From Catajapyx aquilonaris (taxonomy: Eukaryota), in NCBI GenBank assembly GCA_000934665.2, contig JYFJ02003586.1:1-39844 (forward strand): 39,844 nt of DNA, written 5' to 3'. The notes under the pieces are model-generated. The model ran no database searches, was not told the DNA's origin, and saw only the letters and a program-made list of their open reading frames with translations. Positions 24,365 to 36,524 of this stretch are shown here, piece by piece (position 1 is the first letter of the stretch; the number at the start of each line of letters is the position of its first letter). A program made the position numbers and the translations under genes.

Positions 24365-24941
24365 ATCAGCATCAGCTGCTTCCTACTTGGTCCCACAGCA
24401 GGATTCCTGTTCTATGTCACTATCCATAATGGGTGGCTCTCTCCCAGCAAATCCTACGGATGCTTCCTCCCGCCTGGTGCCCCTAAACACTCTTCACCTG
24501 GCAGCCCTTCATGATGCACGGAACTCAAGCTCCCAGTTCGACGCCTCAACTTTTGCCCTCCATACCCACCACTCTGAGATGGGTATTGCAGGGATGGGTC
24601 TGGGAGAAGGCCCTGATCCATTTAGACGCCATTCATTGCTCTTACATGTAGATGATACAGACTACTGGAGCAGGCCTCCACCATCCCGTCCTGTGTCGCT
24701 TGGGTATGTGAACCAGGTGACATTAGTGGATTGTGGCACACAAAGTTTGGACAGGCGAAGGTACCTCAGGAATGGAGTGGGCCCTCGAAGGGCAGTGTCT
24801 GTTGATGTACTACACTTCAGGCCGGGGGCAGATGTGACTCTTCAAAGGCTCAAGCACCAGCCTTTCTGCTATTTGAACCGGGGTAGCAGAAGTTCACTGG
24901 GAGAGGAGAGTGACAGTCGGTACAGAGATGTAGCACTGTGA
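24365..24941 (+). CDS. 4-TM protein last coding exon (cytoplasmic tail ending RYRDVAL*)
   Basis: Acceptor CATTTACAG; phase-2 join gives GSLKRSASAASYLVPQQ... in the frame of the 184-aa ORF 24387-24941; TGA stop; AATAAA downstream. Confidence 0.85.
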
Positions 24942-25217
24942 ATTGCCAAGTGAACGGGAAAGCAGCGTGGCAGCAAGGTTACCCTCCCTTACCCCATTAT
25001 TCCAAGACGTTACAAAGTTCAATTAGTAGTCACTGTTGTAGGTTCCTCCTTTATGTGCATCTGTATATTTATTGGTCTGTGTTTAGTCACAAGTTATGGT
25101 TTGAACCCAGTAAACTTTATGGAAAAAATCTATGGAATGCCCATAATGACTGAAGAACAACCATGTAAGCAGATTTATGCTTCCTTGCTGCAGGTCAGGG
25201 AGTTCCTTCTTTTTACA

Positions 25218-25244
25218 AATAAAAGGTGCAACAGAATCAATAAA
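25218..25244 (+). terminator. Candidate polyadenylation signals of the 4-TM gene
   Basis: AATAAA at 25218-25223 and 25239-25244, about 280-300 nt after the stop codon. Confidence 0.5.
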
Positions 25245-25700
25245 TGAGTAGGTTGGGCTAAAGTAAAACTTATCAGCTTACACCTGCATGAATCTTCATC
25301 CATCTTTTTGCAAGAACCTCTATGATAGTCTACAAAATAATTTTAAAACTAATAACCAAGGCTGGCTGACCATCCTCATTCATCCACTACTCTTCTACAA
25401 GACCTGTTCTCAGGAGACCTTCTATTAAGTTAGGGGCAAATGTTGTGCATAAAAATTTAGGCCCCTTTTGTATATATTATAGAAGAAATGTCTCCATGTG
25501 TGTCACAGCATCACAGTAGAACCACATGCTGCCAGCTATGCTTGTACACTACTGGAAAAAACTGCCTTGTAGCCTTCTCACAAGCATCGCCACATTCAGG
25601 CACAGGTTTATAAGCATGCTCTTGCGGAAGGAGGTTGCTATGTTGTCATGCACGCTTCCACTTGCTCCTGCTTATGTGGCACTGCTTGTTGGGTGGGGTA

Positions 25701-25862
25701 CAGTACTAGCCAATAATCGAGGCAACGATTAGCGACATTTTCCCGAAGCGGCAGAAGAAGGAATCTTGCTCGCCCGGCTTGTAGCATGCTTATCTTCGAT
25801 TCCTTCTTCTGCCGCTTCGGGAAAACGTCGCTAGTCATTGCTTCGATTATTGGCCAGTACTG
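25701..25862. mobile_element. Tc1-like palindromic MITE
   Basis: TA|CAGTACTAGCCAATAATCGA ... TCGATTATTGGCCAGTACTG|TA; arms of about 65 bp. Confidence 0.9.
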
Positions 25863-28401
25863 TACAATGCAGTTTTTTTCCCCCAGTAGTGCACCATCAG
25901 TTACATGGCCAGAAAAATGTAAAAATTAGAGCCCACCAAGTCTGACTGACCCTAAGGAATTGCTATTTCTGCTTACTGCCAAATCAGGTTCTGTTTAGTT
26001 ATAAGTTTGGCATGCATGTCCCAAAAATGCAGGATTTCTATCATACAGATTACCCGAAGGAATCAAAATTGACAAGGTATAAAGGTCTAACCCTGCTCCC
26101 TCTACCCTGTAAGCCACTGATATGGCAATCAGGATCAAAATACATTAGTAAACTTCTTGATCTGCAGGCAGTGGGGAAATGTGCATGATTTCAGCAACAA
26201 GTGAATAATTTTTAAAAAAGTAATTGACAATGGTTTCAAATTACACTCGGACTTTTTAAAAACATGCTGCATCTTATGTAGATTAAACAGATGAACTAGG
26301 TGGAAAGCACTTGAAGTTCAGTGCACCATGCAGTTGCTCCAGAAGACTAAATGACAGCAAGGAAGCAAGAACCTGTCATTTCACTCGATGCATAGGTGAA
26401 AATAGTGACACCCTTAGTGCAATTTAAAATGACATCAAGTAACATTCCACAAAGCAGCAGTACTTACTGACAGTGACAGCTAAGTGACAATGCCTCATTT
26501 GCATACATGCAGATGCAAGTAAATAGTTTGAAATTCAGTATGACAGCAAGTTGCAACAGTCACTGCCTTTCTGCACATCAGTAACTTTCAAGTGAACTAA
26601 TGCTGCTAGAGAAGAGCAATGTGCATTTGACTCTTCCTTTCACATAAGTCGCACAATTTTCTTACTTAACAACACCCTCGAGTAAGGTTTATGAAGATGA
26701 AACCGCATGCCAGAATGTTCAAGTGCTCTAGTTTTCTTATGATTTCTTGAGAAACATGGAAATGAAGACAGATGGTTTCATCATTCAATACCTACGTTTC
26801 GAAGGCAAAAAGTCCCCCCGCCCCCCTNCCCCCCCCCCCCCCCCCCCCCCAACATCCTGCATAAATAACCTAGCTGTGAATGGGCAGCAGGTCAATAGTG
26901 CCAATTTTGTTACCAAAAAATCTTGTTGTAAAATAATATCAGTTGTGTATATTGCTTGGAGTTTGTTATGAAATAATCACTTGAACTGATGTGCATACAA
27001 CAATATGTGTACCAATGGTCACAACTTGGTTCTGGTTCATTTGCAGAAAGTCAATTTTTGTACTAGACCATCTCACTGACAATATTACGCCACATAGATG
27101 ATGTTACAAAAAATTAAATTTCAATGCAATGGTTAAGAACTGATGAGTGTGACACATTTTCCAGACGCAATTACTACTTGGAACTCACTGTCAGTATGAA
27201 AGTCCTCCTCCCACCCATCAATACAGTACCGGATTTCAAAATGAGCTAAAGTATTCCATATGGAAATACTTAGAAGAGTTTCAATTAATTCATTCCAAGC
27301 AATGCAATCTGTCTGAAGATAATCTACAATTTTTGTTTCATAAGTTATTGCCAAAGCATTCTAGTGCAATATGTATCATTTGCACACGAAAAAATATAGT
27401 ATTATACACACTCACTGTATATAACATGTCACCAACACATCTCAGGTCTTCACTTTAAATAAACAAAAACAAAACTCATGCAGTAAAAGTCCAAGGACTC
27501 TCTCAATAAGTCACTTACCAAGGCCAGCATAAAATTTTTCCAGTCCTGCTATGCAGGGCAATTTCTACAACATCAAGTTTGAACCTATCAGTGGTAATTT
27601 TCGTAAAAGAAAAACATTCAGAAAACCCAACTGTCGCATGATATAACTGCAAACATGGCAGGATATTTTTTAAATGACAACTTCGAGCTTCTGTATTCAG
27701 AATTTTAAAATCCCAACACATTTTTTCATATGGTAATAAAAAGCTTGCAACTACTACGAAATCATCATTTTATTACGTTCCACGTCCATGTTATGTCCTC
27801 TATAAAACATGACAGTCTCCCAGAACCTTATTACAACCTAAGTTAAAAGAATATTGTCAGTTGCAAACTTCAAAGCATTGACAAACTGCTTTTACAGGAA
27901 ATACATTTCATTGGGTGATATCAGTAAATTAATTCCAGAAAAATAAGTTGCTAAAAAAATTCCATGTAAAAACATGCCACATCACATGGAATTCGAAAAA
28001 TCAAAATCAACGAAATGACCTACCATAATTTTGTTAGCATGCACTGACATCTTATTAGACCCACTGCAGTTAAAATTATTATACAATAACTGGAAGTGTT
28101 TACAAGCTCACAAAAATCTGTCATAGTATGAGCAAGAGTGACAGCAAGAAGCTAATATTCTGACACATCATGTGTCTGTTGATTCTCATACACACTAAAA
28201 TGTCCGGAATTTGCTTAAAAAACAGTTTCTCACAAGCTTGCAAACACATCTTTAGCCTTTGTACAATACCTCTCAATCATAATAATTATGCTCCATGCTG
28301 ATTATTATTCAACTACATGTTGGAGTGGTATCATGTCCTGTCGCCAATCCAATGAAAGAAGTGAGGATATTTTACAGACAGACAGACGAAGAGAGATACC
28401 A

Positions 28402-28882
28402 GGGTAAGTCCAGGAGAGTTCACCCAAGCGATGTCACCCTGCATGTTTTGTAGGAATGAAAATCGGCATCCCGATTTGAATCCACAACAGTAGCCTAAAT
28501 GTCCTATTTTCAGCTCCCGGAGGTCAATAGGTTACGCGTAAAGGTAAGGTCAAGCACGGCTCGAAACTTGCTATCGAGATTCTGGGATTATCTTTGTAAC
28601 TATTTGTGTTATGGTTGTGGCCGATACATCAAAATACTCCCAACTGTTTGGGGAACGTGATCCATGCCATCAAAGTACAGAATTAGCTCAAAAAGGTCAA
28701 ATATTGTCAAGGTCAAATATTGTGACATTTGACATTTCTCCTGTTATGGATACACATTAAAATATATACGACATTTAGGCTACTGTTACGGATTCAAATC
28801 AGGATACCGATTTTCATTTCTGACAAAAAAATGTAGGGTGACATTTTAAATTTTATTTGGGTGAACTGTCATGGACTCCCCC
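28402..28882. mobile_element. MITE, Sola2-like
   Basis: GGG...CCC termini, imperfect inverted arms of about 100 bp (GTTCACCCAA, ATGTCACCCT, AACAGTAGCCTAAATGTC), 4-bp direct repeat ACCA on both sides. Confidence 0.7.
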
Positions 28883-29229
28883 ACCAGTCTTTCCTCTCTT
28901 CGTTTCTCTCCTTCCATCTGTCCCACCTTGTGTCTTCCGATACCCAGATAGCCATAGTTCCTTTGGTTCCTTCCTACTAAACCAATCCACACTGATGCAT
29001 GCTTGAATTGTCATACTGCCATAAACCCATTTGTTACCACAATTAATATTATTCCAGCAATCTATGGCCAGATTTTAGATAACCAACAATTATCTCCATA
29101 TAACACTGGCTCCTGTCATAAGAAAATTGCACAGGAAACTTGAAATTATTATTTTTTGAGCAAGGCAAACCTTGGCGAAGAGCTAAGGAATTTGTTTTCC
29201 AGTCTTGATGCAGAGGACCAATGTATAGT

Positions 29230-29350
29230 GCCAAGCATAAAGTTGGAGACGTTGATGGCCTTATCTGGACCTTCCTTTAACCGACTCAAATTAATGGACT
29301 ACTTTTGTACCGAGTTAGCTGCTTTAGGCGTGTGCTAGTGTATTTATAAC
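29230..29350 (+). repeat. Dispersed repeat shared with 39720-39844
   Basis: Both contain TCAAATTAATG...ACCGAGTTAGCTGC..AGGCGTGTG..GTGTATTTAT. Confidence 0.75.
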
Positions 29351-30191
29351 CGTACACTTGATACTGTAATGGCGGGGACTGGCAGAGCACCCTGCTGAAG
29401 GGGAGGGCCTCCCGTCTCCACCTTTACGCTCGGGACTGTACTATAGGTTCATGACCTGATAGATTGTCCTTAATTGACCTACAGTCCAACTTCTAAATGC
29501 ACCAATGCTTGCAGGTAGATGGCCACCAAATTGAAAGAGAAACAACCAAAACTGGTTCTTGGGTATGAGAAGTGTACTGGCTGTCTATCTCAGTTATGTT
29601 AGTACACAGTGCAACGATAGCATTTGAAGTGAAACATAATTGTCACTGAAAGGATGTCCTCCAATGTGTTTGCAGTGAACGACAACAATTAGAGTAAGAG
29701 GGCACCAGGATCATTATATATTAGTGATTTTAAATAAATGCATGACTTTGCAACATTGGTTACACAAGTAGGTCCCTTCAAGTGGGGTATTATACTCCAC
29801 CTGCCCTAACCTCACAGCAGAATTACTGCCCCTCTTCTCCCGGCAGCCAGCCAAGCAAGTAGTTGTATATTTTGATTTGCTGGGAGGAAGACAGGGTTGG
29901 TACTTCCAATGCAAGGTCAGAACAGACACAATGAGGGAACCATGATTTTGGACACATTAACTTGTTTCATTCCAGTTTTCATGGACAATTGGCAACATAA
30001 TCAGCCATCATCTACCACTGCTACAAAAATCACGATTCCTGAATCTTAAACCAGGCAGGTGCCTTACTGATTCCCTACCTTACTTGGGAGGATAATTTCT
30101 TCTGTACAAATGACAGATGTAATGTCACATTATAGTTCTTGTAAAAGCCGCTTTGTATTATCACAGTGCATCTTGATACCTCATGACACCT

Positions 30192-30469
30192 TTACCTATC
30201 AGCCATCGGGTCATCGGAGAAGCACATGTCCAACAGGGCCCGGCAATGCTGGGCCTCCTCCTGAGATTCATCCTTACCACTCACTTCCTTGAGTCGATTC
30301 TCCAGAATAGATTGGAGTCCCAGTTCTGGCCTCCGACACTCCTTGAGTGAGTTCAAGTGGCCTTCAGCTAGGGCGCAGAGGGCTGCCAACATGTGTTCAT
30401 GGGAGTCATTATGTTCACCCTGGATTAAGCCCACTAACTGCTCCACGAAGCCCATGCTATGGAGAGTAT
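30192..30469 (-). CDS. HSPBP1: HSPBP1 last coding exon
   Basis: DTLHSMGFVEQLVGLI...HEHMLAAL...ECRRPELGL...CFSDDPMADR*, resembling the vertebrate HSPBP1 C-terminus; TAA at 30194-30192. Confidence 0.95.
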
Positions 30470-30583
30470 CTTTTCAGGAATGGATGGAAAAAGAGAAGGT
30501 CAAATATCTTCAGTACAATTTCAATCCCACAGAAATCCACAATACCGGTATTTGCAATATTTTCATTTTATACACACTCCTAC

Positions 30584-30739
30584 CTTTGATTGCAGGATGA
30601 CGGGAACATATAATGCTTATCATAAAAGAAGCCTTCACCTTCAGCTTCCAGACATTACTCTGCATAGCTCGTAGAAGGGCTGGAAATCCATCTGAGTCTG
30701 CAAATACTTTGAGGCCAGGAGGACTATCCCTGACCATAC
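30584..30739 (-). CDS. HSPBP1: HSPBP1 coding exon 5
   Basis: CMVRDSPPGLKVF...DGFPALLRAMQ...KLKVKASF; acceptor TTTCCCTCTGCAG, donor G|GTAGGA. Confidence 0.95.
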
Positions 30740-31042
30740 CTGCAGAGGGAAATAAAATGGTTGTATCACCAATATTACTAATAAGTGTTTCGTAAAAGCT
30801 ACAGTGGTGCATGACAAGAAGACCTGTGTGTTATAACAGCCAACAATAAATAGAAATCATTGGTTATAGTGTGACCAATCACACCTCCAATATTTTTCAA
30901 AGATGGTGGCAATGGTGGAGAATCGGGTCAAGTGATTGTGCAAAGTTAGTCTTGTTGTGCAACCACTGCATGATTTCTCCTATTTCAAACCAGAGTTGGT
31001 TACTTCGCAGAAAGCAACATAATAATATATGGGCATTTTTGC

Positions 31043-31441
31043 GGTAACGAACCAAGGTTAGGACAATTTTTAAAACTTTCGTTGCGATTTTCCGTGCTTG
31101 TGGAAAACCTTTGGGGATTCTGTTTTTTTGTATCGAGTTCCAGGTTCCGAGGGCTGAATTTTGCCACAAATCAGAAACAAATATATAATTCAACAGTGCC
31201 AGGGGAGCGAGAACAAACACGGTAACGAACCAAAGTTTTGAGGCCACGCATTTCCGCACCAGGTTACACTGAGTAATAACTCTGCGAATCCTAAGTGGTT
31301 GTGATGGCAGTATAGAGATGCTCTAGAGAAGAAAAGTGTGAGGAATCCATTGGTCACCTTGCTGTACTGGTATCTGCTTTTCTTTGCATCGTAGCGCAAC
31401 AAAACTCTTGGTAACGAACCAAAAAAAAGGTAACGAACCAA
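31043..31441. repeat. Four direct copies of GGTAACGAACCAA, probably a DNA transposon remnant
   Basis: Exact 13-mer at 31043, 31221, 31410 and 31429. Confidence 0.7.
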
Positions 31442-32054
31442 GGCGATTTTCCACTCTTCAGAACCCTTGCATGGGTAGTATTTGTGAGCTCTTTTACCAC
31501 TTCAGGGCATACATAAATAAAACGAGACACATCAGGACACCTGACCAATCATCAGAGGATTATCATGTATTGGTCGATTGAGATGGCTGGGTCGTATGAC
31601 CTGGTCATCGCTGACTATACCTCATCACGGGACTATGCCGTGATGACTGTGTATGTTGGATGCAATCCAGTATATGAAAAGGGTGCTGCCTGCCTACACA
31701 CCAGTCGTTGGGGACCAGGCTGACACAGACACATCAATGAAGTTATGAACTGACTAGAGGGGAAAACATTTTAATAAATGTTTATTCAAAAATTTATAAC
31801 AGCAAATTACAATTTGGCTGGTAAGTACAAAAATTATCTCGGGCAGTGAAAGACAAGGAAGTTCATCAGTACCACAGATAAATGCAGATTTTTAAATTTA
31901 TGGCCTATAAAAAGCGGGAGGCTCTCATGACTGGGAAGCACCAAAGACTAGCTGCCACCACCTGCCACCTTGACCGCTAGAGACAATTAACTTCCGGACC
32001 ACCCATCTTGCAGAGGCATTGTAAATAGAGGAAAGTGTTTATAACTTGAGCGAA

Positions 32055-32330
32055 GGAGGCGGAGTGGTGCTGCGGTAACGCACGCGGCCATGGATATTAA
32101 AGTCCTGGGTTCGATCCCAGCCCCTTCATCTCGTGCAGAGTTCCGGGTCATCTCTAGCTTCGTCTCGGGTGGTATTTCCGTTAAGACAAATCACCCGGGG
32201 AGTTCACAAAATGACCACAGCATCAGATGCACTGCACCTTGCACATCCCCTCCTGTCATCCTGCCCATGGGCCCAGGCATGTTGCATTGGTTCCAATATG
32301 TACTCAATGTACAACTAATTAACAAATAAA
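32055..32330 (+). mobile_element. tRNA-derived SINE, family A copy in HSPBP1 intron
   Basis: A box-like TGGTGCTGCGG, B box GGTTCGATCCC; shares CACCCGGGGAGTTCACAAAATGACC with copy 1; A-rich end. Confidence 0.8.
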
Positions 32331-33342
32331 GGTCTGTGCAGATACCGCTAAGGTGAGCACTACCCCACAATTATAATAATAATATATTATATTATATATT
32401 ATATAACCTGAGGGATTCGTGAAAATTTGTTGTCAGCATCATAAATGAGAACCACTGAAGAGTATGGGCCCTCCTCTGGAGCTGTATCCCTCCTCCTTCC
32501 TCCCCCAAAAAATCAGCGGCAGCATCAGGGCATATCCGGATAACACATTGCGCCACTTTTATTTGTAACTTTTTACATTGCATTTGAAATCAGAGCGCTC
32601 TAAAGTCCCGAACTAATTTTGACACTAATACTGTATACCTGTCCAATTCTCGCATATGCTGTCTGCCATATCGGATCTGCCATTTTAAATTTTGAATTCT
32701 TGACATCAAATCTGAAATCAGCGCCATTGAGAACCCTTACATAAAAATATCTACATTTTTGGCCATGAATTTGCTTATTATCTGAGCCGACATCGGAGGG
32801 AGCACACTCGGCAGCAGGAAAATGCCTTGGTTTGTTGCCGTCCAAATAAATACATGAAGGTATGGTATTGGGCTGAATCTTTGCACACTGCTGTATTGCA
32901 CGACTCCCATGGAGGTTTGCAAGTTTGACGCTCCAAATCATTTGTATAGGGTGCGTACAGGAGTTTTTTTGTAATTTTCAGTAATGAACCAAAGGTTTCG
33001 GATGACTCTGGTTAGTTACTGAAACTGACACACACAGAGATCACCCTCCGACAATTTAAGCACATCAATCGAAACAGGACATCAAGCTGCATCCAACAGA
33101 CATGCTTGAGAAGTGATCGAATGAATGGGAATGCTTACAGAGGCGCCAAAAGCCGTGCTTGTCCCCAGACACTAAAAGGCAGTCTGCGCGCACAGTTGAA
33201 CGTACGTGCAGCTGGTGCCAAAGAAAAGCAACACTGGGCAATTTTAAGGTTGGCATTGTTTAGTAGATATGTTGAGCATCCGACTGGTGTGATAAAAAAA
33301 AACACTCTTAAAACTTCGCTTTTCACCAAAATGTCAATCACG

Positions 33343-33690
33343 TTTTAGACTTTTTCGAGAAAAAAAGTCTTATAGAACAGCTCTGTCTGTCTGTGGACAG
33401 GTATCAGACAGAGCCGTACTATAAGACTTTTTTTTTTCGATTTTCGGGTTCCGGGTTCACTCTATCCGCCCCTTCCCCCTGGCTGCCCCATTCCCCCACC
33501 ACCCCCTACGCCTGACCTGCCATTCTCCCCAGACAGTCCCTTTCCCCCTGAGCTCCTAGGCCCCCCACCGTCCCCTCCCCCAGATAACCCTTTCCCTCCT
33601 CCCTCCTCGTATCCCATGATACCTATCCACGGACAGACGGACAGAGCTGGGCTATAAGACTTTTTTCGATGGATGAAATAAGGTCTAAAA
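33343..33690. mobile_element. Foldback element resembling Helentron-derived (DINE-1/HINE-like) ends
   Basis: TTTTAGAC...AAAGTCTTATAG..CAGCTCTGTCTGTCTGTGGA mirrored at the right end; extra internal CTATAAGACTT; CTGT microsatellite; T-rich flanks. Confidence 0.6.
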
Positions 33691-34007
33691 GATGGGTTTG
33701 CTAGGATAGATTTTTTAAAGGGGAAAGGGGCGGTCTGGGGGTAGGAGGAGGGAGGGGGAAAAGGGTAAGTCTACTTTTGCCCGAAAATGAGTTATGGGTG
33801 GTTTCAGTTACAGTCCCAGCCCCATGACGGATGTTGGGGGAAATATGAAAAGTCTACTCTAATCACGCTCACGTGATTTGCCAATCTTGTTTTAAATAGC
33901 CCCAGCACCAGATTTCATAAGACCATGTCAAGCACTTGTGCCCGCAAGCCTATTCTTTTGATTCATCACTCCCTACAATTTCTCCTCAAAAATTTCCAGA
34001 AGTAATA

Positions 34008-35205
34008 GGGTAAACCATACAGTTATGGGCCACTTAAGAAATTTTCCAAGTTCACATCGTCACATGACCCACAGTAATTACATCTGCAGTTTGATTATAT
34101 TTTTTTTCTGAATCGTCAGAATGTTCTCTTTTAAGGAGCAACTGCAATTTTGAAATTCTTCCTTACTGTCATTTTTGGTAATGAAAAGTTCCAAAAAAGT
34201 CACAAAAGTATAGTTATGGGCCACATCTTCACAGTTATGGGCCGTCTTTGGGACAGTTACGGGCCACCTAATTGTAGGGACTCTATTGTTGTTTGCCGCA
34301 CTTTCGTGGTGCAGGGTGTTGCCCAGCATTGTTTCCTACTGCCTCAGCAGTTTTTCAAGTTTTTATGACCACCCGCCTAGCCTCTGTCATCATTTGCGTG
34401 AAAGACGCATTTACTCCGGAATTACCGAACCTGCCTGCCAAGCAAAGAATTTCGTTAAGAACAGATGACTTTCTCACCTGAAATTCCTTCATGATTGTCA
34501 CATATTCCCCTACCTGCCCACTTCTGGAGGTGTCCACCTCCCCTGTTTCCCCTTATTCCATCATGTTGGGTAGGGTCTAGGGGCACTATTGGATAAAATG
34601 ATGCATGCTAAGTGTAGGCTAATATACAGATACCGTAACTGAAAACAAACATTACGTCATCCTCTTCTAGGGTCAGGGGGGTTGCTTACTGATGACCAAA
34701 GATGAATGGAGAGGGGGAGGAAGTTCGAAAAGCAATTTTTATTAAAATTGACCTCGAAATACAGTTTTGGGTAGGGTATGCCCATTACTGTAAAGTGATG
34801 GTTTTGATCCACGCAGTTATGGGCCACCCCCTTCCACTCATGCTATCTACACTGACTCATCATTATCTACGAAATATGAAAGTATGGAGTCTACCCTAGC
34901 CATGCAAATCGACATCGGCAACCTGGAGTAACGAAGACCTTTGTAACTTGTCACTAGCTGCAGTGCTGCTCCTTACCAACTACTTAAGGAAGCGGCCATA
35001 TTGGAAGTGACTCAGAGACGAGAGGCTCTGGCGACCTTGATGGCGGTCCGACAGGGGAAAAAATATAACCAATGTTCTTCCAACAATGAAGTGCAGCCAC
35101 CCATGGGCGAAAATGATCACTACTTACACTACACGCCTTAATATAAATAAGATTACTCTTAGTGGCCCATAACTGTATGGTGGCCCGTAACTGTATGGTT
35201 TACCC
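34008..35205. mobile_element. Non-autonomous Tc1/mariner-pogo-type DNA transposon
   Basis: TA|GGGTAAACCATACAGTTATGGGCCAC ... GTGGCCCGTAACTGTATGGTTTACCC|TA; AGTTATGGGCC repeated internally; no long ORF. Confidence 0.88.
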
Positions 35206-35782
35206 TACAAGTGAAGATCAGTCAGCATGGGGTCTGAACCATGGTCTGGGTTGTTTGAAGGATTCACAGCAGTGTTGACTGTACATGACCATCACTCAAA
35301 ATATGAAACAGTTTGAGTGTGTCATCTATTAGCACCCAGGCCATGCGCCAAACCTTGTTATAAAACTTAAATCGTTTCCCCATTTTGGGAAAAGTTTTGA
35401 CTGGCCAGAGCCTAGGGAGTGACCAAAAGAAAAAGTATTGTGGTGGCAGCAAAAGCGCTCTAATAAAGGTTTCACCATGTACTGTACTATGATAAGGTTT
35501 GATGATTTTGCTCCTTTTATGCCGAGATAATAATAATCAAATAGGAAGCAGTTGAAACAACAATTCTGTCACTTCTGAAAGAAAATCTATAACAGCAGTA
35601 TCAGAACTGAACACCCTGATGTCACAACATCAGAAATGAAACTAATAAAAGCTAGTGATGAAGCACCCAAGTTCTAATGTGGCTATTACTGTATAATGTA
35701 GGTTGCAGTGCCTGCCATGTCAGAAAGGTTCAAAATAATTGCAGCACATGCCTCATGCAAATAGAGGAGTGAAGGAACTCAC

Positions 35783-36004
35783 ATGATAATGCATATAGTG
35801 CTTTGACCTGTACCGTCTCACACTGATCTGTGTCCAGTATCTTCACAAGAAGGGGCACAAAGTTGGCCTTTATCATCTCAATTTGGCATGATGGATTGTT
35901 CTGGGTTAGTTCGCCAATGACATTGGCAGCTTCTGCGCGGACATTTTCATGTGGCGACTCCAAGCACGGCCTAAATATTCTAAAGCCTCCCATCTTGAAG
36001 AAGT
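35783..36004 (-). CDS. HSPBP1: HSPBP1 coding exon 4 (armadillo-like repeats)
   Basis: NFFKMGG...AANVIGELTQNNPSCQ...VKALYALS, the Fes1/HSPBP1 signature; acceptor TTTATCAG, donor GTGAGT. Confidence 0.96.
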
Positions 36005-36100
36005 CTGATAAATAAATAGTACATTTAAAATTATCTAGCTCTCATGTCATGTAGTAAAAAATAATGCATTGTACGCAGTGATGTAGGCATAGAAACTTAC

Positions 36101-36275
36101 TGTTAGCCATGTCGATACTACCAATATTGTCTGCTAAGGTCTCCAATGCCCCCTGGCATTCCATGGCCTTCCCTTCAGCATTAACACTGCGCTCGATCAC
36201 CTCCACTGCACTCATCAGGGTCTCAACTGCATCAGTGGACATGCTGTTTAAAACCGACTCAAGCCACTCCGTTCT
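36101..36275 (-). CDS. HSPBP1: HSPBP1 coding exon 3
   Basis: Acceptor TCTTTCATTTCAG; RTEWLESVLNSMS...ALETLADNIGSIDMAN; donor GTAAGT, phase 1. Confidence 0.93.
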
Positions 36276-36351
36276 CTGAAATGAAAGACATGCGTAAGGC
36301 TTACAAGTTATTAGTCATTTATCATTATCTAAAGTAGGATCAGCACTGTAC

Positions 36352-36524
36352 TTCTTCATCAAGAGTTCCGCCAGTGTGTGTAACAGTTGTATCTTCCCCT
36401 TGCGAGGCTCGCATACATAATCTTAGTAATCCTTGCAAGTCCCGAGGCTGCCTTGGGTTCAGTCGGATTGCACTACTCTCAGCAGAATGTATACTAACTC
36501 CACTCGAACCACTGCTGTTAGATT
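36352..36524 (-). CDS. HSPBP1: HSPBP1 coding exon 2
   Basis: Acceptor TTCTACTTACAG; encodes PRQPRDLQGLLRLC...LDEE, the conserved HSPBP1 N-terminal motif; donor GTACAG, phase 0. Confidence 0.88.

Noticed and set aside
26815..26850. Long poly-C run containing N (similar at 37607; other C/G runs at 16549, 16764, 18954, 19568)
   Set aside because: Homopolymers with ambiguous base calls; length unreliable and no functional evidence.
30289..30795. Several plus-strand ORFs
   Set aside because: Antisense shadows of HSPBP1 exons.
34078..34899. Transposase inside the 1.2-kb TIR element
   Set aside because: Only short ORFs, with no DDE/D or HTH motif visible.
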